Source: an uncultured Bacteroidota bacterium (lineage in GTDB: Bacteria; Bacteroidota; Bacteroidia; Bacteroidales; GCA-2748055). Taken from it: 64,000 nt of DNA. A program made the position numbers and the translations under genes. The notes under the pieces are model-generated. The model worked only from the letters and a program-made list of their open reading frames with translations. It had not been told where the DNA came from and made no database searches. The stretch is taken from NCBI GenBank assembly GCA_963735755.1, contig CAVTME010000005.1, forward strand, positions 263,036 to 327,035, given 5' to 3'. Shown piece after piece: positions 32,334 to 42,433 of this stretch; position 1 is the stretch's first letter; the number at the start of each line of letters is the position of its first letter.

Positions 32334-33308
32334 AGACTTTGTTTAGCATCTCTTCATATTCGAGTTCACACCGACTCTGGAAGGTAATCCCGCCTCCGCT
32401 TTTGAAAACCATGTGATCTTCTTCCTTCTCCATATATCTGATGGCCACGGCCGAATCGAGGTTTTGTCCATCCCAGTATCCAAATACACCGGTATAGTAA
32501 CCGCGCTCATACTGTTCAGCTTCATGGATGATATCCAGTGTCTTTGTTTTGGGAGCTCCGCAGATTGATCCGGCGGGCAGGAGACGAAAGATCATCTCTC
32601 CCATCCTGTTTTCAAATCCTTCGGGCAGGTTTCCTGAGATCTCGGAACTCATCTGAAGCAATTCACCATGGTGGGTCCTACCCTGTCAATGTATTTGAAT
32701 CTTTTAACCCGGACATTTGTGGCAATGGTGCTCAGATCATTTCTGATCAGATCCACGATGGTGTTGTGCTCGGCATCCTCCTTCAGATCCGAACTAAGTT
32801 TTGCATGGGCACCGGGTATGGAGGCATCGATGGTGCCTTTCATTGGATTTGAAGTAACCGTATTCCCCTCGATCCTGATGAAGCGTTCCGGACTGAACAC
32901 CACAAGTTCATCCTTCAGGAACAGCTTAAAGGGAGCATGGCTGCGTGTGAAGATATTCTCCAGGCTGCAGTTGATATGAATCTTCGTAGGGAAGGTCAGG
33001 TTGAGCAAGAAGGAATTGCCGTAGAGGATCTGTTTGGTGACCAGGTTAAAGGCATGGCGGTATCGCTCCTTTTCAATAGGAAACTTGTTCATGGAAATGG
33101 GAGCTGAATTTGTCCCTTTCAGACGATGATTGGAAAATCCGGGCATCTCCAGATGGAATCCATGCCGGTCTGATCCGGAAGATTTAAACACGCAGTTTTG
33201 CTCACCATTAAAACTGATCAGGAAAACAAAGGGTGTCCTGTCGGAACCGTATTGGTTTATCAGGTGGATTGTATCTTCCCTGCTGTACCTGTGCCTTGTA
33301 TCTACCAT
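32317..33308 (-). pseudogene. pabB: Aminodeoxychorismate synthase component I (short form), one frameshift
   Basis: Fragment 32649..33308 has SNPMKGTIDAS and DAEHNTIVDLIRNDLS. Fragment 32317..32661 has GSICGAPKTKT and YTGVFGY. Confidence 0.75.
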
Positions 33309-33311
33309 CCC

Positions 33312-35373
33312 TTAATTGGCCTTTTGATCCCACTCCAGTGCGATCCTGGCAATGTTGGTAGCGTGGGTGTCAATGGTGCTCAGTAGGGCCAGGATCTCCA
33401 CATGTGTCTTGCTGCTTTCAATGGACTCCTTCATGCCATCCAGGATCCTTGCGTAATGCAATTTCTCAAGATCCTGGGAAAGAGAACGATACTCTTTATG
33501 CTTGGCCTTCATTCGTGCAGCTTTCTGAAGGTTGGTCTCATCAAAAACAACCAGGGCCCTTTTCAATTGCTTCTCCACTTTGCTGTGATAGGTCCTGATT
33601 TCCTCTTTTCCTTTCTCTGAAAAATCATAGCCCATGGCCACCCATTTCTCAGCCCGGTTGGCCAGGCCACCGGAAAGCACATCAGCAATTTTCTCAAATT
33701 CATTCATCGAATAGAGCATCTGGAAGGATTCGTTGACCCCCTCAGCATTAACCATCTCCCTGTTAATTTTCAGCAGATACGCTTTGATGGAATCCCTGAG
33801 AAAATTAACTTCCTGTTCATGGGTATAGACCGCATTCAAAGAGGAAGGATCTTTTTCCATGAATGGTTGTAGGATCAAGGAAAACATTGTACGCACGATC
33901 ATGCCCATGCGGATGATCTCCTGTTTGGCCAGGTTCAAGGCCAGGGCAGGTGTAGACATGAGCCCCATATCCAGGTAAAGTGTTGAAAATCCGGCAGTTT
34001 CCTGTTCCTTTGCTTTTCCCATCAACCAGTCCACCAGGCGTGCCACCTGCGGAGTGACAGGTAAAACCACCAACATCAGGACCATGTTGATAAGGGTATG
34101 GGAATTGGCGATCAGCCGGGCCAGTGAGGCATCAGGCGAAAAATCTCTGACCAAAGTCGCCCAGTCTGACTGTCCAACCTGCAAAAATCAGAACGCTGAC
34201 GAGTTTAATGATCAGGAAGGCCAGGGCCACTTTCTTTGCTTCCCGGTCCGATTTCATGCTTGAAAGCAAGGCAGTAACTGTTGTTCCTATGTTGGAACCC
34301 AGGAGCAGCGGGATGGAAGCATCCAGTGAAAGCAAGACCCTGGGAGGCAAGAACGATCATGATCCCCACAAAGGCACTGCTGGACTGGATCAGGGCGGTA
34401 AACAGGGCTCCCACCAGGATGCCGAAAACGGGATTTTCCAGCTTTAGCAAAAGGTCAATAAAGGGGGTCCATTCCCGCAAGGGGGCCATGGCATTGGACA
34501 TGATTTGCATTCCGAAGAAGAGCACTCCAAAGCCAAACAAGGAAGTTCCCACAGATTTCCATTGCTCCTTATTGGAAAAAGCCTGAAGGAAAAAACCAAT
34601 GGCAACCAGAAGCAAACTGTATTCTGTGATCTTGAAGGCGATCATTTGTGCGGTGATGGTGGTGCCGATGGCAGCACCAAGCAATACCGGGATGGTTTGC
34701 CTGAACTGGAGCAGCCGGGCATTCACAAAGCTTACCAGCATCACCGATGTGGCGCTGCTGCTCTGGATGATGGTGGTAACCAGTGTTCCCACACCTACAC
34801 CAACGATCCTGTTTCGGGTAACACTTCCCAGGATGGACCGCATCCTTTCACCTGCCGATTGCTGCATCCCTTCACTCATGGTATGCATGCCGAACAGGAA
34901 CAGCCCAAGGCCTCCCAGCAGTCCGATGAGCAACATATAGACCCAGTTCTTCTTGTTGGCACTGGCTTTGAAGATGACCTGGTTGTTGGGAAATCCTTCA
35001 CTGATTCTGCAGGATACCTGGTATCTGCCAGGTTTTGAGCCCAGGGTAAGGCTTGAACCTGCTCTTCCAGAGGAATCGGTAGTGACCAGAGTGGAGCTCA
35101 ATTGGCTGTCATCGGAACTGCCCGGTGCAGAGATCACTGTAAATGCGACCATCACTCCCGGCACCGGACTATCGTTTTCGTCACATAACCCTGACCATGA
35201 TGGAGTCCGGGAGTACGCTGTCCGCAGATCCCCGATCTGGTGCCCAGTTCGTTCCCCAGGAGTGTCAGGTGCATATTTCTCTCCTCTGGAAATTTCAGTA
35301 TGCCAGTGGAATCCTGCCCCATGCTTTGCAGAGCAAGAAAAAACAGGATGATGATGGTGATGGCCCTGTTCAT
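33312..35373 (-). pseudogene. Na/Pi cotransporter family protein with PhoU-like C-terminus and an N-terminal signal + Ig-like extension; at least 2 frameshifts
   Basis: Fragments are 35152..35526 (start MNRAITIIILFFLALQSMGQ at 35373), 34205..35164 (LGGLGLFLFGMHTMSEGMQ, IQSSSATSVM), 34132..34350 and 33312..34184. Confidence 0.75.
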
Positions 35374-35440
35374 GACCTTAAATATACAAATCAAATGCAT
35401 AGGGTTTTGTACCTTAGTTGGCAAACATAAAAACAGCTTC

Positions 35441-37007
35441 ATGAGGAAATCATGTTTAATCGGCATCCTTATACTGATGTCCCTGCTTTCAATCCATGCC
35501 CAGGAGATGGGATTGAAAGAGAGCAAGGTGTTCAGTAACCTGGGAGATTATGTGCGGCAGGCGCAATTTTCACCCTACAGGAATTATTTTGCATTTACCA
35601 TTGGTAACAATACCCTCAGGGTGTATGACCGCGACTGGGAAAAAGTTTTCGAACACCAGGGGAATCCAAAAGCAGTTGGCGGTGTTTTTGCATTTTCTCC
35701 CGATGAAAAATACCTGGCTTACGGCCGCTATAAGGGATTTAATGATATTGCGATTATCAGGTTGGAGGATTTGAAGGTGGTGCAGGTTTTGAGCCGGCAT
35801 ACGGACTACATCAACCACCTGGAATTCAGCCATGAGGGTGATTTGCTGGTCTCCTCCTCTTCCGATGAGCGTGCCATCATATGGAAGCTTGAGGATGAGA
35901 CATTTACACTGAGCCAGGTGCTTGAAGGTTTTGAGTCTTCCCTGAGCCAATCCACTTTCAGTCCGGATGACCGTTTCCTGGTTACCGGTGATTCCCGAGG
36001 ACATGTACTGATTCTTGAGCGGGGAGGGGATGATTACACCGAGTTCCAACGCTTTCAATACAGGAGGCATGGCATAGAGTCGGTTGTTTTTAATCCCACT
36101 GCCATATGAGTTTGTTACAGGATCCCTTTACGGAATTAGAAGGTATCGGCTGAATGAGAAGCAATTTGTATTGTCCGATTCACTGGAGGAGAAAGCCAGT
36201 GTGAGTTATCCCATGCAGTTTAGTCCGGATGGATTTCACCTGGCAGCTGGAAATTATCAGACGGCGGTGATTTTCCATGTGGACAGCGATTCCATTTTTC
36301 CGGAGGAGGTTGTTTACAGGCATATGGATGTTGTGTTTGGGGCAAACTTTTCTGACGATGGGCAGTTTTTTGTGACCTTCAGCGGAGATCAGAGTCTGAT
36401 CGTCTGGGAAATAGACCATATTCAGCCTTCCTCAAAATCGATCCTGGTCTCCAGGCTGGGTGCCGGGCTTACCCTGGCTCAGCGCCGGGCACTCAAACCT
36501 GCCACCGTCAACAGAATCCTGATGGGCGTACCCTATGTCCTTGTTCTGCCCAAGGATGAATTTGAGACCACCGCGGAATATGAAGCGAGAAAAGAGCAGG
36601 TAGCCGACCTATCATTGAACCTGCTTCAGAAGGAGATGGAGAAGCAGTATGAGGTAAAGAGCAGGCAGGGCCATGTAGAGATCCCGCTCCAGGGAATCGT
36701 TGGATACAACGCGGATCTTCAAATCTATAAGGTCCGGTTCATGGAGACCGAAGCCGGTGTGGCCATTCCCATTGAAGCGGCCAGGGATTTTAAAGAACAA
36801 TGGCAGCGATCCCATATCAGGGCTGAGCGTGTTCAGGTGAAAGGAGGGAAGAGTTACCGTTACAGCAACTACGAGCTCTATAATCCTTCAGATAAGAAAT
36901 ACTACCCGGTAACACCCCTGGAGAATCCATTCCATCAGGAAGAGGAGAAGGCCATGGTTCGAACCGAAATCATAAAGAGTCGAAACAGCCGGCATGGATT
37001 CAATTGA
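35441..37007 (+). pseudogene. Secreted WD40-repeat protein with an uncharacterised C-terminal domain; frameshift at about 36104
   Basis: Starts at ATG 35441 (MRKSCLIGILILMSLLSIHAQE). WD40-like blades include FSPDEKYLAYG, HTDYINHLEFSHEGDLLVSSSSDERAIIWKL, FSPDDRFLVTGDSRGHVLIL and FSDDGQFFVTFSGDQSLIVWEI. ORFs 35240..36109 and 36084..37007 join if the single A at 36104 is removed. Confidence 0.65.
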
Positions 37008-37743
37008 CGGCAAAGGAAAAACCTATGCACTGATGTTTGCATCCAATGTGTACGATTACTATTCCGACCTGGTCAATCCGGTACTGGATGCCCAGACCAT
37101 TGCCATGGAACTGGGTGAGTCCTATGGAGTAATTTCAGAGGTGGTACTGAATCCCACCCTTGCTGAGACAGCCACTGTGCTCAGGGAATATGCTTCCATG
37201 AATTATGCCCCCGAGGATAACCTGCTGGTTTTTTTTGCCGGTCATGGGGTCTATGATGAAGTATTTCGTGAAGGATATGTGATTTCGAGGGATTCAAGGA
37301 CCGACGACCTGGGAAAAACATCCTACCTGTCCCATTCCAACCTCCGGACCATGATCAACAACATCGATTGCCCGCATATCTTCCTGGTCATGGATGTCTG
37401 TTTCGGAGGCACCTTTGATCCCCACCTGACAGCCACCCACCGGGGCACTCCGGCTGTCTACGCCGATATCAGCACCAGCGAATTTGTGGAGCGGAAATTG
37501 AAATACAAAACGAGGCTCTATCTGACCTCAGGAGGAAAGGAGTATGTGCCCGATGGCAGGCCTGGATTTCATTCACCTTTTGCCAGGCGCTTCATTGAAT
37601 CGCTCAGGTATTACGGGGGCAACGATGGTGTGCTGACCACCTCGGAGATCCTTCAGTTTGTGGAGAAGGTCAATCCCCAGCCCAGGTTTGGTGAGTTTGG
37701 GGACAATGAGCCGGGCAGCGATTTTATCCTGGTGGTCAGGTAG
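36994..37743 (+). CDS. Caspase-family (peptidase C14) protein
   Basis: 249 aa with the catalytic dyad contexts LVFFAGHGV (His) and FLVMDVCFGG (Cys). The ATG overlaps the WD40 ORF stop by 14 nt. This is either a coupled separate gene or the frameshifted C-terminus of the WD40 protein. Confidence 0.75.
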   Translation: MDSIDGKGKTYALMFASNVYDYYSDLVNPVLDAQTIAMELGESYGVISEVVLNPTLAETATVLREYASMNYAPEDNLLVFFAGHGVYDEVFREGYVISRDSRTDDLGKTSYLSHSNLRTMINNIDCPHIFLVMDVCFGGTFDPHLTATHRGTPAVYADISTSEFVERKLKYKTRLYLTSGGKEYVPDGRPGFHSPFARRFIESLRYYGGNDGVLTTSEILQFVEKVNPQPRFGEFGDNEPGSDFILVVR

Positions 37744-38140
37744 CCTCTGGTCCTGTCGGAGGATCTTTCCTGGTAACCAGCGGATGTCTGGACCCATCCG
37801 GAAAGGTAAATTTACCAGAAAGTTCATTTATCTCCTCATTGAATGTCCCTTCAAATGAGGTTTCCTTAGCCTGAATGTAGAATGTCAGCTTGTTCTCCTC
37901 CACTGCGATCCTGGAGAGCGCATCATCCTGGATTTGTTCGGAACCGTTGTACATCATAATGTAGCCTGTGAATCCTGAATCATCGCTCCATTCTAATTGT
38001 ATGACTGTTTTGAAATCATCCATGAACATACCTGTCCAGTTCCCTGAATAGCTTTGCTGTCCCAGGGACTGTTGACTACCAAGAAGGATAAAAAAAGAAG
38101 CATACAGGAAAATTTTTTCTATGTGAAGTGGTGTTTTCAT
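37736..38140 (-). CDS. Hypothetical secreted protein
   Basis: The probable start MKTPLHIEKIFLYASFFILLGSQQSLGQ is at 38140 and overlaps the MotA-like stop as ATGA. Confidence 0.45.
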   Translation of the reverse strand: MKTPLHIEKIFLYASFFILLGSQQSLGQQSYSGNWTGMFMDDFKTVIQLEWSDDSGFTGYIMMYNGSEQIQDDALSRIAVEENKLTFYIQAKETSFEGTFNEEINELSGKFTFPDGSRHPLVTRKDPPTGPEAT

Positions 38141-38529
38141 GATTCCAGCTTTTTGTGATGCCATAGGTCCAGAATGAACCATAGAAGAATGGAAAGCAAA
38201 TAGATAAATATGCCATAAAGCGTAGTGTACATGGAGATTTTCAATCCGCCATATACCATTGCCGGGGAGATGTCTCCGGCGCGTTCAATGGCACCGAATG
38301 CCATCATTAATCCGATCAGTTGTCCCAGGATCCCCGTAATCATGGTAAACAGTCCTGCTGATTTCAGATAGGTAAGCCGGTGCCTGAAGTGGGTCATTTT
38401 CCGGGCTCTCCCGGAGATAATGTAAACTGCAAATGCAACGGCCATAGCCAGGAGCAGCACGAGCAATGTGGTGAGAATACCCATGAAAAGTGGGCCTCCC
38501 ACATGAAATAGATTATTCAGTGTGTCCAT
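38137..38529 (-). CDS. MotA/TolQ/ExbB proton-channel family protein (short, 130 aa)
   Basis: Three TM segments and the family motif region GLLGTV-like ITGILGQLIGLMMAF...GDISPAMVYGGLKISMYTTLYG. Confidence 0.65.
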   Translation of the reverse strand: MDTLNNLFHVGGPLFMGILTTLLVLLLAMAVAFAVYIISGRARKMTHFRHRLTYLKSAGLFTMITGILGQLIGLMMAFGAIERAGDISPAMVYGGLKISMYTTLYGIFIYLLSILLWFILDLWHHKKLES

Positions 38530-38682
38530 AATAAGATGTTTTTAAGTTTAACATTTGATAACATTACAAAGCTAGGCAGGACGGGCTATACAGCGCAAGG
38601 TCGAATCCGCTTCGAAACCTGCTTTCTGTCGATAAAGGGTGTTTTGGATCACATTTTTTGCGATATTTAGTCTGCCAAGTCA

Positions 38683-39438
38683 ATGAAAACCTACCAGCAC
38701 ATCATCTTCTGGATTGTGGTTCACGGATCACTCACCCTGCTATTCGGAAAGTGGTTTGAGGATTACATTGAAGCTTTCTATTATGTGTCCCTGCTGCTAC
38801 CGGTGGTGATTGGTACTTCCTACTTCTTTAATTACTTCCTGGTACCCCTTTATCTCTTTCAGAAAAAGTTCTTTCTATTTGGTCTCTATTCCTTTTACAT
38901 GCTCGTCGTCTCTCTCTGTCTTGAACTGGTAGCCAGCGTTGTTGCCATGTTGCTGATCATCCAGTTTGGGGTCAACCGGACCGGCCCCCTGGTTACCGAT
39001 GTCTTTACACTGGCCTTGATCCTGTATTTCATTGTGCTTTTCAAATCATTTATCCTCCTGATCAAGCACTACTTCGTAGACCAGGGAGCCATCAGCCGTC
39101 TGGAGGAGCAGCAGTCCAAACTGGAGAAGGGATTCATCACCGTACGTTCCAAGCGGAAAACATCACGCATTGAATATGATGAACTGCTTTACATAGAGAG
39201 TATGGCTGACTATATCACGATCCACCGGGATGATGGGGGAGAGGTGGTATCCAAGGAGAAAATAAGTCACATGGAGCATCGTTTGCCGGAAAGTTTTCTC
39301 AGGATTCACAGGTCTTTTATTGTGAATGCATCCAAGATCACTTCTTTTTCACGTGAAGAGGTTGTATTGGGAGAGATTGAACTGCCCGTGAGCCGGACCT
39401 ACAGGAGTGAAGTGATCAGCAAACTGAAAAAGAAATAG
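38683..39438 (+). CDS. Membrane-anchored LytTR-domain DNA-binding protein
   Basis: 251 aa with four N-terminal TM segments. The C-terminal LytTR domain reads YIESMADYITIHRDDGG...FLRIHRSFIVNASKI. Confidence 0.8.
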   Translation: MKTYQHIIFWIVVHGSLTLLFGKWFEDYIEAFYYVSLLLPVVIGTSYFFNYFLVPLYLFQKKFFLFGLYSFYMLVVSLCLELVASVVAMLLIIQFGVNRTGPLVTDVFTLALILYFIVLFKSFILLIKHYFVDQGAISRLEEQQSKLEKGFITVRSKRKTSRIEYDELLYIESMADYITIHRDDGGEVVSKEKISHMEHRLPESFLRIHRSFIVNASKITSFSREEVVLGEIELPVSRTYRSEVISKLKKK

Positions 39439-39458
39439 GATCACCCTGCTCCTCCGGT

Positions 39459-39929
39459 CTATTCATCCAGGGCCCTGGCCTCTTCCGGATTCAGTTTGGC
39501 CATCTTTATCGCCTTCTCTTTGGTCACCGTATTCATGGAAAGCAGGAGCACGCACAGGATAAACAGGACCAGCTGCTTGGCATCCTGAAGCAGGATCAGG
39601 CCGACGATGGAAAGAAGCGCTACCCCTTCGATCATGGCCCAGCGAAGGATCATGGCAGTCTGGTATTGTCCAAATTTCCGAAAAAAGGGATCCCCTGCCT
39701 TGATGACCTCCAGTTTCCTTGATGAGATCAAATAACCCAGGGGGATGGAACCCAGCATCAGCACATTCACGATGGTCAGTATATCTACCTCGCTACTAAA
39801 TCCGGGAATGGTCATCCCATTGAGGTATACGCCAATGAAAAAGAATATAAGAAGTCCCGAGTTCAAGGCATAAAAAATCAGTTTCAATGCCCGGAATGCC
39901 TGTCTTGGTTGAAGTTCCTGTCCCAGCAT
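39459..39929 (-). CDS. Hypothetical membrane protein
   Basis: 156 aa, intact, with 4 hydrophobic segments. Confidence 0.45.
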   Translation of the reverse strand: MLGQELQPRQAFRALKLIFYALNSGLLIFFFIGVYLNGMTIPGFSSEVDILTIVNVLMLGSIPLGYLISSRKLEVIKAGDPFFRKFGQYQTAMILRWAMIEGVALLSIVGLILLQDAKQLVLFILCVLLLSMNTVTKEKAIKMAKLNPEEARALDE

Positions 39930-39946
39930 AATGTTAGGTTTGCTGT

Positions 39947-41941
39947 CTACTGTATCATAACGGGATGACTCAGACGCAATGTTCCCGACTGAATCTGAAT
40001 TACATAGTAACCCGGTGTGAAATCGCCCGCAGGTATCTGGGTGGGCGTATGGGCCAAAATAAATTCATGCCTGGACTGGTGAACCAGTTGTCCTGACAGA
40101 TTAACGATGCGAATGGAAGTTGTTTCCTGAAGGTCCTCGCTAAATAAGAGGTTCACCAGGGTGTTCCCCGGTGACATATATGATCTAAGCTCCAGAGATC
40201 CGGAAATTACCCCCCTGGTGGAAGTAGGCTCCTGGTAGGTGCTCAGGTAAATGAGTTCAATACCTTCACCGGTTCCAAGGTTTCGGGAGTATTTCTTTTC
40301 CTCCGCATTGTTCCAGTGTTCATGAACACCCAAGCTTCCCATGGGGGTCCCATCGTTTTCCGGGTCATAGACCACACTATCGGGCCACCATTCACTGGAC
40401 GCCGCCTGGTGCAGGTAATCGTCCACGGCCGGATAACGGGCATAGGTATAACGGGGCGGATCGGTAGTCAGATCTTCCACCTGGAATTCCTCCTGCAGAA
40501 TGTCCAGACCCACGGAGGCAATAGCTACAGGGTCCAGGGACACGATGATAGAGGAGGTCCAGTCGTTATTGAAAGGCTCACTCTGGAACTTCAGGGGTGG
40601 ATCATGTTCATAGGACGTTCCCCAGAGGAAGTCGCCGATGAAGATCAATGTCTTTGCTCCCAGGTCCTTGTAGGCCATCAGGTCCACCATGACCCGGTAC
40701 GATTTGTACTCACCCCGCATGGGTGAATCATAACTTCCGGCCTTATGCAGACCCGGGTGGAGACGCCATGAACCATCGCCGGTATTGGAGCCAAAGTGGT
40801 TCTTGGCGAAGAAAGTTACCCCACCCCAGCGATGCCCTTTCATGGCCGGAATGTTCAGGATATAATCTGCTTCCACAAGACAATCATAAAACTTATGGTG
40901 ATCGGTTTGCATCACCGATCCCCTGTCAGAATAAAGCAGCGTATCTTCGTTGGTCACTTTCATCAATTCCCGGAGCTCCCCGTTATTTCGGGACATGTAA
41001 TGTACTTCGGGAAATTCTGCAGAAAGCTTGTCGTGCACATGTTCAAAGATTTGGGTCAATGGATCAGCCAGGTAAATGGCATCCTGCGGAACGCCGGCTT
41101 TGTAAATCAACTGACGAAGAACGGCCAGGATCACCTGGGGAGAGGTGTCCACATTGCCATAACTGCCATCATTCCTTATGGACAGGTCATTATTGGTTGT
41201 CCATGCATGCACCGCATTGACCTTGATGAAAATCTTCTCACCGTCGGCATAGCCCACATCCCCCTTGTCGTGTGTGCTGTTGAAATATTTGAAGATGGCA
41301 CTCCAGGCCTCTTCTTCTGTGTCCTCATCGCTTATCTTTAAAATGGCTTCCACAAGCAACTCATCCACCAGGTCCTGATCACAATTCTTGTCCAGGAAGT
41401 AGGCATCGCCCCATTTGTCAGGATCGCAGTTTTCGTTGGTTGCAGCAGGATTGTGGGTCCAGACCACGCGGCCGGGAATGATTCCTTTCGCTTCACCAAT
41501 GGGAACATTGGGACCCAGTGGATCTACCCACTCTTCCGTCTCTGCCAGCTCACTGGCATATGCATCTTTGTCATTGGAGGCAATGGTCAGAAGCCCTACG
41601 CCAAGTCCCACCAACAGCAGGAATCCAGCTGCCAGGTATTTACTCTGGAGAATTTTCCGGAAAGCCTTTTTAAACACCAGTGCAGATGCCAGAAGTCCGC
41701 TCAGGTAGATCAATAGTGAGGAGGCAAAAGGTATGGCCACCTTCATACAGGGGTAGGTAGCCCTCTGCGGTTTCGGAATCACGCGTATCAAGACCCAGAT
41801 CAGGGCAAGTATACTCAGAAGGGGCAAGGCCCATCTTTTTAATGCTTTAACCGGCTGTCCTGTATTGGGATTGAACTTAATCACTCTGGAGAGAATACTC
41901 ATCATGGCGCGTCTCATACTTTCCTTACTTTGGTTTCTCAA
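39947..41941 (-). CDS. DUF362-like domain protein with N-terminal TM segments and a T9SS C-terminal sorting domain
   Basis: 664 aa, intact. The C-terminus IRIVNLSGQLVHQS...PGYYVIQIQSGTLRLSHPVMIQ is a type A Por sorting domain. The N-terminus has about 3 hydrophobic helices. The central-domain call as DUF362 is from memory. Confidence 0.6.
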   Translation of the reverse strand: MRNQSKESMRRAMMSILSRVIKFNPNTGQPVKALKRWALPLLSILALIWVLIRVIPKPQRATYPCMKVAIPFASSLLIYLSGLLASALVFKKAFRKILQSKYLAAGFLLLVGLGVGLLTIASNDKDAYASELAETEEWVDPLGPNVPIGEAKGIIPGRVVWTHNPAATNENCDPDKWGDAYFLDKNCDQDLVDELLVEAILKISDEDTEEEAWSAIFKYFNSTHDKGDVGYADGEKIFIKVNAVHAWTTNNDLSIRNDGSYGNVDTSPQVILAVLRQLIYKAGVPQDAIYLADPLTQIFEHVHDKLSAEFPEVHYMSRNNGELRELMKVTNEDTLLYSDRGSVMQTDHHKFYDCLVEADYILNIPAMKGHRWGGVTFFAKNHFGSNTGDGSWRLHPGLHKAGSYDSPMRGEYKSYRVMVDLMAYKDLGAKTLIFIGDFLWGTSYEHDPPLKFQSEPFNNDWTSSIIVSLDPVAIASVGLDILQEEFQVEDLTTDPPRYTYARYPAVDDYLHQAASSEWWPDSVVYDPENDGTPMGSLGVHEHWNNAEEKKYSRNLGTGEGIELIYLSTYQEPTSTRGVISGSLELRSYMSPGNTLVNLLFSEDLQETTSIRIVNLSGQLVHQSRHEFILAHTPTQIPAGDFTPGYYVIQIQSGTLRLSHPVMIQ

Positions 41942-42119
41942 TTACTCGAATAGTCAAATGTACACATTATTCATGTCCTTCCTTCTCTTTTTAATGGGGT
42001 CAGAATGTTAAAAAACAAGATGTCTTTATGGAGGGATGGAACTGAATAATTTGCTAAATGTCAACAATATATAGGAGTTATACGTCTTATTATAGACCAA
42101 GCCAGCAACATTTATTTTC

Positions 42120-42399
42120 ATGAAAATTTTAATGTTTGCTTCTGTATTTGGCTTTCTGGCAGGATTGACTTTCGCCCAGAATAAAGTTGATATTGACAAA
42201 GAAAAGGCGGCTGTTGTTGCAGTAAATGAGGAAGAACGAGATGCTTATTTCGACCGTGACCTTGCCAGGCTTGAAGCCATCTGGATTCCAGAGCCTACTT
42301 CCAAATATGAAGCAGAAAAGAATTGTTCATCTGATAAAGGAAGATGGAGTATGGAAGATCGATCTGATTGTACAACTATCAGCTCCGGCTGAGAAATGA
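42120..42399 (+). pseudogene. SnoaL/DUF4440-like protein remnant (internal loss + frameshift)
   Basis: The N-terminus has a signal and AVVAVNEEERDAYFDRDLARLEAIW. The plausible C-terminus KQKRIVHLIKEDGVWKIDLIV... is in another frame and ends at TGA 42397-42399. The total is too short for the fold. Confidence 0.4.
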
Positions 42400-42433
42400 T
42401 TCATTGAAATATTTAATTCATGAGAACGAAATA

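Noticed and set aside
35441-38182. Gasdermin-caspase type defence operon.
   Set aside because: No gasdermin-like or other effector ORF flanks the caspase. The upstream neighbour is a Na/Pi transporter, the downstream gene is convergent, and the WD40 part carries a secretion signal.
38137-38529. Zorya-like (ZorA/MotA) defence component.
   Set aside because: The protein is only 130 aa. There is no ZorB/MotB-like partner, no long coiled-coil tail, and no nuclease or helicase genes.
38575-38640. tRNA or tmRNA fragment, suggested by GGTCGAATCC in the motA-lytTR gap.
   Set aside because: The flanking bases do not form a T stem, an acceptor arm or an anticodon arm. This is only a chance T-loop-like hexamer.
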